DNA of 64,000 nt from Octopus vulgaris (lineage: Eukaryota): positions 28,458,001 through 28,522,000 of the forward strand of contig OX597824.1 of assembly GCA_951406725.2 (NCBI GenBank), read 5' to 3'. A program made the position numbers and the translations under genes. Of this stretch, positions 25,260-40,450 are shown in pieces. Position 1 is the first letter of the stretch, and every line of letters starts with the position of its first letter. The notes below the pieces were generated by a model, which did no database searches, had not been told where the DNA came from, and saw only the letters and a list, made by a program, of their open reading frames with translations.

Positions 25260-25310
<51 letters not shown>

Positions 25311-25326
25311 AAGATAGATAGATAGG

Positions 25327-25364
<38 letters not shown>

Positions 25365-25544
25365 CAAAGATGAACATACATGTATGCACACATACATACA
25401 TAGAGAGACAGAAAGACGGATATGTGTGTGTGTCTGTATGTAAACGAATGCATATTTGTATTCATAGACGTGTTAGTTCCACATAGGTTATGTATGCTGC
25501 AATTCTATATATTCAAGATTTAGCGTATGTAGGTATGTATATAC

Positions 25545-25611
<67 letters not shown>

Positions 25612-25632
25612 TATGTATATATATATACATAC

Positions 25633-25673
<41 letters not shown>

Positions 25674-25708
25674 TATATGTAGAGAGAGAGAGAGACTGGC
25701 TGCCTATG

Positions 25709-25771
<63 letters not shown>

Positions 25772-25934
25772 TGCCTGCCTATTTGTCTAGCTATGTATGT
25801 ATACATATACCCATCTGTGTGTATGTATGCATGAATGTATTTTTAAATATATATATACATATATGTAAATATATAAATATATATATGCATATGTATATAT
25901 ATATGTATATATGTACATAAGTGTATATATATGC

Positions 25935-25990
<56 letters not shown>

Positions 25991-26067
25991 ATATATATAT
26001 ATATGTATGTATGCATATGCTTATATCTGAGTGCGATATCCATCTGTTGTGTGAGTAGTGTTAGAGA

Positions 26068-26107
<40 letters not shown>

Positions 26108-26530
26108 AGAGATAGAAATAGAATTATATATATGTATGTATAAGCGTGAATATAAATTTGTTGAGTGAGTGATTCAATGTAAAATGCAGAGAAAATAAGT
26201 CATCAACTCTCAATTGATCGATGGCACGAGATAATACGTTGCTCGCAAGCTGTTATTAACTTTAATAAACTCAGTTGATGGAATATATAACTACAGTCCC
26301 TAAGGTGTATATAGTTATTAACCACCTCTGTATTAATGCTAAGTCGCTTTACATTGTTATTGTAGTCACTTTATTTTCTTCAATTGTAATCAAGTGTGCA
26401 GCAGTTAAATTGATTATAAAACATTTCATCTATGTATGTATGTATGAATGTATGTATATATGTATGTATGTATGTCTGCATATATGTATATATGTATGTA
26501 AGTATGTATGTATGTATGTATGTATGTATG

Positions 26531-26561
<31 letters not shown>

Positions 26562-26635
26562 GTATGTATGTATGTAAGTATGTATGTATGTATGTAAGTA
26601 TGTTTATCTCTCTATCTATTTATCTATCTATTTAT

Positions 26636-26760
<125 letters not shown>

Positions 26761-26797
26761 CATATATTTATATATATATGTATGTATGTTTATAGAC

Positions 26798-26869
<72 letters not shown>

Positions 26870-27217
26870 GTATATATCGACCTATGTGTCTTTGTGACTG
26901 CTTGTCTCTCTATCCATCTGTCTAGCTCTCCAGCTATTGATCTATCTGGCGATTTAGCTATCTATATATTTATACATACATTACACATACACATACACAT
27001 GCACACAAACACACACACGCATACATACATACACACCAATGTGCAACAACGTCTACATATATATGTGTGCTCATGCTCTTATGATTACAGTCATAATTAT
27101 ATTCATAAAATACGATGTTATTCTGTCGTATATTGTATATTCTGTTTATCTACATATGTAGCCTCTTATCAATATCCACTTACAAATTGATGTACATATT
27201 CACACGATTGTACTGAG

Positions 27218-27645
27218 GCACTCCCTTTACTCTTTTACTCTTTTACTTGTTTCAGGCATTTGACTGTTGCCATGCTGGAGCACTACCTTTAGTCGAGCAA
27301 ATCGACCCCCAGGACTTATTCTTTGTAAGCCTAGTACTTATTCTATGGTTCTCTTTTGCCGAACCGCTAAGTTACGGGGACGTAAACACACTAGCATCGG
27401 TTGTCAAGTGATGTTGGTGGGGGGGGGGACAAACACAGACACACAAACGTATACACACATACACATACATATATATATATATACATATATACGAAGGGCT
27501 TCTTTCAGTTTCCGTCTGCCAAATCCACTCAAAAGGCTTTTGGTCGGCCCGAGGCTATAGTAGAAGACACTTGCCCAAGGTGCCACGCAGTGGGACTGAA
27601 CCCGGAGCCATGTGGTTCTTAAGCAAGCTACTTACCACACAGCCT
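27218..27645 (-). mobile_element. SINE family A
   Basis: Family similarity and (gagtaaaa)n tail. Confidence 0.9.
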
Positions 27646-27761
27646 ATGGTACGTTCATTTTATTTTTGTATGTACATCAATACCATCTTTCATACACACA
27701 CATGTTACTAGACGCGCACAAGCTCACAAACACACATACATGCACATTACATATGTATGTA

Positions 27762-28041
27762 CACTTTCTCCTCGACTTACGACCTATGCGAATTACGACT
27801 ATCTCCATTTGAACGTCGGACATCTGTGCGTACGATAACTATAGCGGCATCTGGCACTGCAGGCCTCCATCAGAACCAGGCATCTATTGTCTGCCACTGT
27901 ACCTAACTCAGTCGCGTTCAAGCACCAGTTGCGTTTGAATGAATATAGTGTTGAAAAATGCATTTCCGACATACATCCAGATCGACTTACGAGCTGTCAG
28001 TCAGAACGGAATTCGGTTGTACGAGTAAGTCGAGGAAAACA
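27762..28041. mobile_element. Tigger/pogo-like MITE
   Basis: Terminal inverted repeats tcctcgacttac / gtaagtcgagga in a TA context; internal cgacttacgag. Confidence 0.6.
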
Positions 28042-28170
28042 TATATATATGTGTGTGTGTGTGTATATGTATATATATATATATATCTAATATAGGATAT
28101 AAATTTTCGAAAAAATTTTATCAATGGCCAGCATATTAAAAAAAATACCTTTAAAGGTTAAATTTTATAA

Positions 28171-28296
28171 ACAACTTATAAAGAAGGGCAAAAGAAAAAA
28201 TTCTAATGCGAAATATGCCGAAATATAGACTTTATATAGTCTATATTTCGGCATATTTAGCATTAGAAGTTTTTCTTTTGCCCTTGTTTATAAGTC

Positions 28297-28298
<2 letters not shown>
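28171..28298. repeat. Near-perfect palindrome with ~60-bp arms
   Basis: acaacttataaagaagggcaaaag..gccgaaatatagact / agtctatatttcggc..cttttgcccttgtttataagtcgt. Confidence 0.9.
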
Positions 28299-28351
<53 letters not shown>

Positions 28352-28390
28352 AGTATGTTTCTATATATGTATATGTAGAAGTTATTCAGT

Positions 28391-28481
<91 letters not shown>

Positions 28482-28768
28482 AACGTGAATGAATAGACAT
28501 CTAGAATTCAGGCTAGTATCTTATTAGCTCTCTGATATTATTCAGATCTGGCTAACAATATCGAGTGATGAGAACATACAGAATCGTTTATCATAAACAA
28601 TTAAACCATATTTCATTGGAATCCATACAGCAAACAGAGACTATAACTAAGACGTAAATGCAACATTAAAGGACAGTGGGATAGTTATCCAGTAGAAACA
28701 CGTGACGGATTAGAAGTAATGAAAATAATATTAAAATAAATATATTTTGAAGATGTATATTTATCTAT

Positions 28769-29197
28769 TGGCGCAGGAGTGACTGTGTGGTAAGTTGCTT
28801 GTTTACCAACCACATGGTTCCGGGTTCAGTCCCACTGCGTGGCAACTCGGGCAAGTGTCTTCTACTATAGCCTCGGGCCGACCAAAGCCTTGTGAGTGGA
28901 TTTGGTAGACGGAAACTGAAAGAAGCCTGTCGTATATATGTATATATATATATATATATGCGTGTGTTTGTTTGTGTGTCTGTGTTTTTCCCCCTAGCAT
29001 TGCTTGACAACCGATGCTGATGTGTTTATGTCCCCGTTACTTAGCGGTTCGGTAAAAGAGACCGATAGAATAAGTACTAGGCTTACAAAAGAATAAGTCC
29101 CGGGGTCGAGTTGCTCGATTAAAGGCGGTGCTCCAGCATGGCCGCAGTCAAATGACTCTAACAAGTAAAAGAGTAAAAGAGAAAAGAGTAAAAGAGT
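28769..29197 (+). mobile_element. SINE family A, full length
   Basis: tRNA-like head, CORE-like ..gggcaagtgtctt, central (TA/TG)n and (gagtaaaa)n tail. Confidence 0.9.
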
Positions 29198-29606
29198 ATT
29201 GTTACTTTATGATGCCTTACTTTTGACTGATCTTGTAGACATGCAAATTGTAATGAAAACACTTTACTCATTTATGTAAACATACACACAATTTTAAATA
29301 TTGATAATACAAACAAACACACATGTATTTTCTGCAAATACTGTTCTATATTCTAGAAATGAAGAATTCTCTACATTATTTACATTATTTCCATTGGCAG
29401 GATATGTGTCATCGTCTTGTGTGTTGTTACTACAACGTTTAGGCTGATTTACTCTCCTGCCTTCATCGGGTGTCCTGGTAGAATTTTGAAAGCAGCCCTG
29501 GGTTCTCATTCCTAAGATAATTTTATATCTTCTGCACATGTATATATATTTACAATCACGTGCGTATTTAACTGACATACGCACGAATATATTTGTTTGG
29601 GAATGG

Positions 29607-29988
29607 AAGCACTCCGTCGGTTACGACGACGAGGGTTCCGGTTGATCCGAATCAACGGAACAGCCTGCTCGTGAAATTAACGTGTAAGTGGCTGAGCACT
29701 CCACAGACACGTGTACCCTTAACGTAGCTCTCGGGGATATTCAGCGTGACACAGAGAGTGACAAGGCCGACCCTTTGAAAATCAGGTACAACAGAACCAG
29801 GAAGAAAGAGTGAGAGAAAGTTGTGGTGAAAGAGTACAGCAGGGATCAACACCATCCCCTGCCGGAGACTCGTGGAGCTTTAGGTGTTTTCGCTCAATAA
29901 ACACTCACAACGCCCGGTCTGGGAATCGAAATCACGATCCTATGACCGCGAGTCCGCTGCCCTAACCACTTGGCCATTGCGCCTCCAC
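29607..29988 (-). mobile_element. SINE family C, full length with target-site duplication
   Basis: atatttgttt at 29589-29598 and 29989-29998. Confidence 0.9.
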
Positions 29989-30437
29989 ATATTTGTTTAT
30001 AAAGTACTGAAATGGTTATAATCCAATCTATGTCCTCGCGATACACATTAGTACATTCCGGTATTCAAAAGTATATATATAGTTGTTTTATTTTAAATGT
30101 GGCATACAGTCTCCCTGAAAGCTATGGCCAACCTACTTCTTTATAGTTTTTATCCTTCAGTGTCTCAATATTATGTGACGATGGTTTCCTATGTAGATTA
30201 AGTTGGACATTCGCTTCTATATAAAGAGCTCTTCTGCCCTTTCTGACAAGTTTTATTTTCCCCATGCAAAAAACTGATTGAAATGGAGTGCTGAAATCGG
30301 CGACAGCCTGATCAAAACACGAGATGCCCCAGTACCTTAGGAAAACACATTGAAATCTATTTACATATAAGTCCCAGATCAACAATTCATTTCGTTTCAA
30401 GATGGTCCGAGTACATGGTATTGATAAACAATTAAAA

Positions 30438-30669
30438 GGCGGCGGGTTGGCAGAATCGTTAGCACGTCGGGCGAAATGCGTAGCCGTATTTCGTCTGCCA
30501 TTAGGTTCTGAGTTCAAATTCCGCCGAGGTCGACTTTGCCTTTCATCCTTTCGGGGTCGATAAATTAAGTACCAGTTACGCACTGGGGTCGATCTAATCG
30601 ACTTAATTCGTGTGTCTGTGCTTGTTTCTCCTCTCTGTGTTTAGCCCCTTGTGCTTTAGTAAAGAAATA
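30438..30669 (+). mobile_element. SINE family B with 15-bp target-site duplication
   Basis: ggtattgataaacaa at 30417-30431 and 30670-30684. Confidence 0.9.
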
Positions 30670-32142
30670 GGTATTGATAAACAACAATAATGGTGAATTA
30701 TCAGTATCTATCTTTCTCGATTCCTTCAGGGTGAGTTGTTAAGCTTGATCTGGGACACATGGTGGCCTTTAACACTCGGCGTCGTGTAGTGAGTTTTACC
30801 TAGATGCTATGCCGCAGCAAACGGACGATAAAACAAAATACTATTTACATATGTGACCGGTAATGGTGCTAGTAATAGAACGAACATGACCTAACTCTAA
30901 ACCGATCTAACATTTGACATTTATATATAAATTCAATAATCTTTCGTAACATCCTTTACAATTAGATTAACAGCGTTGGCTCTTTTTTCACTCAGCTACT
31001 CAAAGCTGTGACGATTTTTCAACTCAAAGGATGTATTTTCTGCCGAACGCTGCAACCTCCGATTTCTTTCCTACGCTACATAGAAGAATAGAGTAACTGT
31101 GCGGAATCAATTGAAACCAATCTTTTAAAATGGAATACGGAATGAAAAGAAATCAAGAAAAATATATTGATTCTATTTCTGAACCGTTAGACATTGAGAT
31201 GTATTCTTTAATTAGTCAAGTTTTAATGAGAGAGAGAGTTAGATTTTTATTGTTATTGTCAAAAAATCTAAATTAGAATCCTACCACAGTTCCTAAGTCA
31301 CACCAGAGTTTTGTCATGGTTCACAGCATTTATAAGATCGATCTGTCTGGTAGAGTGATTTCAAGATATATTACTTGTCTACCAATTTTATAACTACTAT
31401 TCTTACTTGTTTAAAATGAATATAATTGCTTTTATTTATTGATTCGAAAGTTTTATTAAATAAATTTCTGGACCATATCTTACACACACTCGCTGACATA
31501 CTTATAGTCATTTTTCTAATATATTTTATACATGCTTCAAGGCGTTTACACATACATACTTCTATATCTTCATATATACACAGTTTAACACTTTGAAATT
31601 CCTATTGCTATGTTTTACATGTATGTATGTATGTATATATGTATGTACGTACGTATGTATGTATGTATGTATGTATGTATGTATGTATGTATGTATGTAT
31701 GTATATATGTATGTACGTACGTATGTATGTATGTATGTATGTATGTATGTATGTATGTATGTGTGTATGTGTGTATGTATGTATGTATGTATGTATGTAT
31801 GTATGTATGTATGTATGTATGTGTGCATGTATGTATGTATGTATGTATGTATTTATGCATGTATGTATGTATGTATGTATGTATGTATGTATGTATGTAT
31901 GTATTTACGAACACATATATGTACATTCATGTACACATACAGAGGTTTAAGAATATGGTTTTACGAATGTATGTACTGAAGCTTGGGGTTGTGTGTATGT
32001 GTGTTTAACTCTGTGTGCGTGCGCATGGGGGTGTGTGAGTGTATGTGTTTATGAGATAAATAGATAGATTGATAGATAGATTGATAGGAGATAAATAGAT
32101 AGATTGATAGATAGATAGATTGATAGATAGATAGACAGAAAA

Positions 32143-32175
<33 letters not shown>

Positions 32176-32178
32176 AAA

Positions 32179-32259
<81 letters not shown>

Positions 32260-32920
32260 CAGATAGAGATAGAGAGACTGGCGCTATGCAACTAAGTAAA
32301 ACACAAAAAACTATAACCGTAGATATGAATAAACCACATATGCATTTATATATTTGTTTTATACAAACGTGTATTTATTTTCTATGCAGATTTGCAATTT
32401 GAAATATCAGTGCTTGAATGAAACGTGTGTATGTGCGCGTTTCTATATGTAAGCTAAAATTTCTGTCATTGAATTTCGAAATATATTTATTTGAAGCAAT
32501 GTTTATTTATTTCTCGAATCGCCTTTATACTATACATATCTATATAATTGATTAATCCCCCGTCATTCCAGTACTCAATCAGCCGGATAATAATCCTATT
32601 TATTTCAGATTTACGAGAGTTTAAGGTGTAAAGTTTCCCCAATGCTCACTACTACTGAGTGAATTCACTACCAAGGGGTACCAAGTTTGGGTTGTAAAAT
32701 ATGTTCACAACAATGTTTTTGTCATGCTTGATCGGTGTCGTCAAGCTTCTATGATCCAGTTTATACATTTATAGAATATATCCCATTCGTAATAAAGAAT
32801 ACACTTTTGGATTGAATTCTACTTGTAGTGAATGCTGATATTCTATTGCACCACAGCATTGCAGAGGTACACTTTTAAGTGACTTTAAATACGTCACCTG
32901 TACATATAATAACAATAAAC

Positions 32921-32959
<39 letters not shown>

Positions 32960-33397
32960 AAGTGAAGTTGTAAGGTACCGCACGAGTGGAAATATATATG
33001 AAAGAAGGTTTGAAAATGCAATTTTAAAAGATGTTTATTCACTTGACCGGTTTCACTTTTTTAAGAAAAACATTGTCAACAGTAAAATGTAAAAACTTTG
33101 TAAAAGGTTTGTTGTGTTAAGTACTGGTTGACACAAAATATTACAATACATATATACATTCTTTGATAATAATAAGGAAATGTTAAAAACAGTTTACAGG
33201 AAAAATTTTGAGAAAATATTAAAAAGTTCGTTAAAAATATTAGGATTTCATACATATATATATACTACAGCAGGTGTGGCTCTATGATATGAAGTTTGCT
33301 TCCCAACAAGGTTCTCTCCCACTACTGCTGGGCTTTCTTACAGTATCGAATATGCCTCAAACATATTTGAACTGGTAATTATATATTTGTGAATGAA

Positions 33398-33778
33398 AGC
33401 ACTCCGTTGGTTACGACGACGAGGGTTCCGGTTGATCCGAATCAACGGAACAGCCTGCTCGTGAAATTAACGTGTAAGTGGCTGAGCACTCCACAGACAC
33501 GTGTACCCTTAACGTAGTTCTCGGGGATATTCAGCGTGACACAGAGAGTGACAAGGCCGGCCCTTTAAAATACAGGTACAACAGAAACAGGAAGTAAGAG
33601 TGAGAGAAAGTTGTGGTGAAAGAGTACAGCAGGGATCACCACCATCCCCTGCCGGAGAATCGTGGAGCTTTAGGTGTTTTCGCTCAATAAACACTCACAA
33701 CGCCCGGTCTGGGAATCGAAACCGCGATCCTATGACCGCGAGTCCGCTGCCCTAACCACTGGGCCATTGCGCCTCCAC
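33398..33778 (-). mobile_element. SINE family C, full length
   Basis: Near-identical to 29607-29988. Confidence 0.9.
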
Positions 33779-34322
33779 TTATGTTTTTGTACACATCACT
33801 GCTTAGCACTTCTACTCAGTATTTTATTACCGCCAGGTCGCCGATAATGAGACATCCATTTCTTCCCATTTCATAGCTCTTACCCATACAAGTGCCTGAT
33901 GCTGAAGTGGAGACATCTACTCAGAAATGCATGATCCATCAGTCTGACTGGGTGAGATTCGAACTGACTTGGTGTGTTTATACCTATTTGTCTATACCAG
34001 GAAATATTTTCCATAACAAAATACAATGAATGGCTTTCTTGCGGGTTCGAATATGTTCCAAGCATATTAGATCTGAAAATGCCGGCAATTATGAGAGGAT
34101 GGAGAAATCGATTATATCGACCCCAATGTCCAACAGGCACCTATTTTATCGCCTGCGAAAGGGTGAAGGGCAAATTCGACCTCAGTAGTGTTTAAACTCT
34201 GAATATAAAGAACTGGAAGAAATGCAGCTAAACATTTTGACTGGCAGAGTAGTGATTCTGCTAGCTCTTTACTATAGATATGAATGATAATGGGTATTTT
34301 ATTATAACATTTTCCATTTTCC

Positions 34323-34930
34323 AGGCGCAGGAGTGGCTGTGTGGTAAGTAGCTTGCTTACCAACAACATGGTTCTGGGATCAGTCCCACTGCGTGGTCCC
34401 TTGGGCAAGTGTCTACTACTATAGCCTCGGGCCGACCAAAGCCTTCTCAGTGGATTTGGTAGATGGAAACTGAATGAAGACCGTCGTGTATATATATGTA
34501 TATGTATATATTTGTGTGTCTGTGTTTGTCTCGCCCAACATTGTTTGACAACCGATGCTGGTATATTTACTTCTCCGTCACTTAGCAGCTAGCAGAAACG
34601 TTAACACGCCGGGCAAAATGCTTAGCGGTATTTCGTCTGCCGTTACGTTCAGAGTTCAAATTCCGCCGAGGTCGACTTTGCCATTCATCCACCCGGGCTC
34701 GATGTATTAAGTACCAGTTACGCCCTTGGAACGATGTAATCGACTTAATCCATTTGTCTGTCCTTGTTTGTCCCCTCTAGGTTTAACCCCTTGTGGGCAA
34801 TAAAGAAATAAGAAAGATCGATAGAATAAGTACTAGGCTTACAAAGAATAAGTCCTGAGGTTGATTTCCTCGACTAAAGGGGGTGCTCCAGCATGGCCGC
34901 AGTCAAATGACTGAAACAAATAAAATAAAG
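34323..34930 (+). mobile_element. SINE A with nested SINE B (~34587-34812)
   Basis: A body stops at cacttagc and resumes at gatcgatagaataagtac. Confidence 0.85.
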
Positions 34931-35014
34931 GTAAAAAATTTGATAATACGATGTGAGATTATATAGAAGGTGTTTTAGAATTGGTCCAATGTTGGTTAGA
35001 CATATTGTAGATTA

Positions 35015-35402
35015 CCTTACAACCACATGTCTTCAGGTTCAGTCCCATTGCGTGGAACCTTGAGCTTGTATCTTCTACTGTAGCTTCGGGCTGATCAAAG
35101 CCTTGTGAGTGGATATGGTTGAACTAAAATGAAAGAAACCCGTCGAATATGTGTGTGTATGTGCGTGTGTGTGTGTGTGCCTGTGTATGCGTTTGTCTTT
35201 GTATTTGTGTTTGTCTCCCATTATCGCGTGACAACTGGTGTTGGTGTGTTTACGTCCCTGTATTCTAGCGGTTCGGTAAAAATGACCAATAGAATAAGTA
35301 CTAGGCTTGAGAAATAAGTCCTGGGTTTAATTTGTTCCACTAAAACCTGTCACTGCGATACTCGAGCATGTCGGCAGTCAAATCACTGAAACAAGTTAAA
35401 GA
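35015..35402 (+). mobile_element. SINE family A, diverged
   Basis: Family similarity. Confidence 0.8.
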
Positions 35403-35462
35403 AAAACACCGTCAGAACGTGTTTACTCGCACCGACATCACTGGATTTTGCTATTGTTGCAG

Positions 35463-35578
35463 TCTTCTTCTTCTTCTTCTTCTTCTTCTTCTTCTTCTTC
35501 TTCTTCTTCTTCTTCTTCTTCTTCTTCTTCTTCTTCTTCTTCTTCTTCTTCTTCTTCTTCTTCTTCTTCTTCTTCTTC
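35463..35578. repeat. Pure (CTT)n/(GAA)n microsatellite
   Basis: Direct reading. Confidence 0.95.
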
Positions 35579-35859
35579 CAATCAGGACTCACGCCATTAG
35601 CCACAAAGAACAATCTCTAATTCGATCCTACTCTAAGCTACTAAGAATGCGTGCGGCAAGTTGAAGATCCACTCACCACACGCGATAGACTGGCGGTTGC
35701 ACGGGCGCGAAAGCTACGTTGTTATCCTCATTCCGTAAACGGTGGCTTTTAACGGGTGGAGAGCTGAACCATCCTGGAGTACAGACGATTCGCAATCTAG
35801 ACTAGGGTCTGAAAGTTTACCACACCATAGTGGTTTACACCAAGGTTCCTCTGCTTTGT

Positions 35860-36069
35860 GGCAGAAGTAGGAACTAAGAGTGAGAGAAAGTTGTGGTGAA
35901 AGAGTACAGCGGGGTTCACCCCCACCCCCACCCCCTCGCGGCCCGAGCCTCGTTGAGCTTATGCGGTTTTTTTTTCAATAAACAATCACAATGCCCGGTC
36001 TGGGAATCGAAGCCGCGTTCTTACGACTCCGAGTCCGCTGCCCTAACGACTGTGCCATTGCGACGCCAC
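35860..36069 (-). mobile_element. SINE family C, 5' half
   Basis: Head and body match 33585-33778. Confidence 0.8.
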
Positions 36070-36978
36070 TGCTGTTGCTGCATCTGCTGCTGATGCTACT
36101 GCTTCTTATGTTTGTGCTTGGCTGTCATTGTTCTAAATGGTATGCCACATATAAATAGCCCTAATATATCTCAGGTATAGTGAATCTTGTACAACACTAT
36201 ATGTATCCTTTCTTTTTCTAAAGACGGTGAATTGTGATTTGAAAATGGTTTCTTTGTTAGAGTAATTTGTCGATAAAATAAATATATAAAACGATTTTTA
36301 TATTTACAAAGTGATGTACGTAAACAACTCGGTCAAAATGTAAATTCATTGACCCAAATAAAGAGCTCTGGAAGGAAAAGATCGAAAAGAAAATGAAAAT
36401 GATGAAAAGAAAGGATAGGACATGGTATGATTATGAGAAACCATATAGCAAATAGTGATATTATGTGGCATTAATCTTTTAAAATACTATTTTATGGGTT
36501 TCACTCGGTACTGTATTCCCATTGGAGGATAACGATGTGAAAACATTTATTAATGATGCTAATAAGATAATTCACCAGTGGCTATCTGCTAAATTGCTCA
36601 CCACATATTGTTTTGAGAAGACATTGAACAAATTCCAATAAAACACTTCCTTGATATTTCGTCGTGATATTTTTTTTTCGTACATTTAAAAACAAAACTA
36701 GGGCTCGTGACATTGATAGGATTTCGGCAAGAAAGTTTTATCAAGGAATGTAGTACGATGGTTCTTGTAGATGCCTAGGTGCAAAACGTGCTTGTGTGGT
36801 TAAGAAGCTCGCTTTGCAGTCAATTGGTTTGGAGTTCAGTCCCACCGAGCGGCAACTGAAATAGCCTCCAGCTGATCGATAACTTGTCAAAGAATTTGTT
36901 AGACAACAACAGTATTGGCAAAGTCCATTGCATACACACACAAACACACACACGCATACACACATACACACACACACA

Positions 36979-37056
<78 letters not shown>

Positions 37057-37969
37057 CAAAATGGGACAAGAACGCAAAACATTTGGACAGTTAGGTGATA
37101 CAAAAATAGAACAACAAAACATCCAGATAGACGATACAAAGAAAACAAGGATTGGCCATTGGAAGTTTTCTTTCCCCAGTCAAGTACCAGATTATCTTTG
37201 CAATTTCGGCTGATTATACTTGAGATTGGTCCAATATGGCCAGCCCCAAGTAAAAACTAAGCTGAGAGGCATTTGATTCCTTGGAAGACAACAGTGAATA
37301 TATACAAAATCAAGGACGGAAAAACAGACCATGTTACACAAATGCAAAAAAAATAATAACACGACATAACAACAGATATCTTTCGACTAAGGACGAATTA
37401 AATCAAGCTGATGTGTGTGGAAATGAAGCCTTACGGCAGGGATAGAGGATTTCCCAAACACAGGGAGGAATATCGATGTTGCACGGACAACGGCCAATAT
37501 ATATTACTTAGTAAAGGTCAAAATGGGTCAGATAGAGATATATAATTTTTGTGCTCAACTTTTGTGTTTAACATGTTTAACTTCTGAACATGAAAGGAGA
37601 CGAATCGTTTAATTCTATGCTTCTAGACATACGAAAATAAAAATATAATAAAACGCTTACACTGAATGAAATAAATCGACACACTAATAAAAACTTAAAA
37701 CATCGTTGCACAAAATTAGAAAATCATACTTTGTAACAATCGTCAAGATTTACTTCCTAAATATAGTGTACGAGTAATATGAAAGTCCTGGTGTCTCTGT
37801 TCTTGCACTTAAAGATACAAGAGAAGTCTCAAACTATGTCCTTGCGATTCACTACGGACGGGACCAGATTTCGGCAGGGTATGATTGACACAACTGTCAC
37901 AGTTCGGTATTACATAATGTGCATTGTCAATTTGTATGTATAATATGTAAATACACACACATAGGAATT

Positions 37970-38100
37970 TTCTCAGTGAACAGGTCACGGTCTCAAATCG
38001 ATGAAAATATTTTGAAAAATTAAATTTAAATGTTCAAGTGATTCTAACGGGTTTTGTGTGTTTCTTGAATGGCTTAAAAACACCTTCCATGCTGCAATTG

Positions 38101-38102
<2 letters not shown>
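37970..38102 (+). mobile_element. Single-arm copy of the 6562-6820 repeat, retaining the GTGAACA core
   Basis: ctca-GTGAACA-g-gtcacggtctcaaatcgat-GAAA-atat-tt-tgaaaaa. Confidence 0.75.
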
Positions 38103-38149
<47 letters not shown>

Positions 38150-38448
38150 AATTATGCAAGTAAAAATATGCTTTTCTGAAGTTCTAAATGTAAGTTTGTC
38201 TGTAAACTACATCGCAAAAATGGAGCCTTGTATCTTTGTTGAAAACCGGCTCCTTCCTCAGTGGAAGATTCATAATAATAATATAGAAGATACATAGAAA
38301 CACACACGCACACACACATACATATATATATTTGATAAATATTTCACTCATTAAGATGTGCGTAACAATATACATAGGTATATAGTAATTATATATATGT
38401 GTGTGAGGAGGGGTTGAGCATGTAATACATGCATACATGCATACATAC

Positions 38449-38519
<71 letters not shown>

Positions 38520-38566
38520 AACATGTATTTTGATATATAGTCATATATTTTAATAATTACCTACAA

Positions 38567-38611
<45 letters not shown>

Positions 38612-39153
38612 TACACACATGTGCATAAACACCCAAATACAATCGCCCACCCACCCCTCACGCACAAACGCAGCAATATACGTATAAAACGACGTTGATT
38701 AATTTTAATCGAAAATAACATCAAGAGTGAAAATTATATTTGGCAAAACTGAAACAAAACCAACGCGACCCCCACCCAAGGGAAACTCCGCACCACTCCA
38801 CCTCTTCAAAAGGAAAAAAAAAAATTAGAAATTACAAGGAAACGAGAAAATTATGAATTATCAGGAATCTAGCAGGGACAAGCCTTTCACAGACATAGGA
38901 GCATTGTCCTACATTCGTTTGAAATATCTGTTAATAAATGCAAAACTCTTATAGCTACGTTTATGCGGCAAATTTTTCAGCAGAAAGAAAAAAACGAAAT
39001 AGCTGATTATCACAAAGATTTTGCTCTCTCTCCCAAAACCTCGAAAACTAATTTCGTCACACACACATACATACATACATAGGTATATATATCTCTATAT
39101 ATATGTATACATATATATATATATATGTGTGTGTGTGTGCGTGTGTGCGTATA

Positions 39154-39196
<43 letters not shown>

Positions 39197-39213
39197 ATAT
39201 GCGTGTGTGTGAG

Positions 39214-39245
<32 letters not shown>

Positions 39246-39267
39246 CACAAATACATTACATACATAC

Positions 39268-39298
<31 letters not shown>

Positions 39299-39859
39299 CA
39301 TTACACACATACTCACATACACGCACATATATATATATATATGTGCGTGTGTGTGTGTGTGTGTGGATGTGTGTGTGTAAGTATTGTTTTGTGAATGTGA
39401 TATTAGTCTTTTGGTGTTATGTGGGTATTTGTATGCAATTTTTTTCTTTCTTCAAATTACTTCAAACCAATCATGATTAGGAGGAGGAGAGTGGTGGTGG
39501 TGGTTGTGGGGGTGGTGATAGTGGTGATGATGACGATGACGACGATAATGAGGGTGATGATGATTAATAATGCTGAAAATACGGATAATAAAGATGCTAG
39601 TAAACACATTTATATATATACACGGGTTTGGATCAAGTGGAGATTACAATAAAGTATATTCGACCAAAATACAAACACACATACACACATTCACAAACAC
39701 AGACAGGCAGATACAAACACCTACACACACACTCACTCACAAATACACGTGTTATCTACAGAAATATCCATATTTCTACAAATATATATATCCACATATG
39801 CATGTACATATATATAGATATATACTCAAAGACAGACAGGCAGACAGACAGACAGACAT

Positions 39860-39981
<122 letters not shown>

Positions 39982-40076
39982 GGATAGATAGATCAGTACA
40001 GAACATGAAAGGGAGATATAATTAGATATAGTTGCATATGAGTGTAGATAACTGTTTATATTTGTTTTCATATATA

Positions 40077-40122
<46 letters not shown>

Positions 40123-40342
40123 TATACACATATGAAAGTACATATGTAGGTGTGTATACATAGAATCATATACAGATCCGTAACAATAAAAAAAATCATT
40201 AGAAACATAAACGAATGAAAATAAAACTCAATTACTAAATTTCTTCCTCTCTTGTTTGCATTCAAAGTGCATAGATACACGCAAATAGATATACTGCATA
40301 GATATATACCTATGCGTACATACATACATGCGTACATACATA

Positions 40343-40450
<108 letters not shown>

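Noticed and set aside
30122-30583. 153-aa minus-strand ORF
   Set aside because: Begins inside an antisense SINE B and shows no recognisable domain
33705-33778. Possible tRNA genes at SINE heads
   Set aside because: A/B boxes are present, but I see no intact cloverleaf and each head continues into a multicopy SINE body
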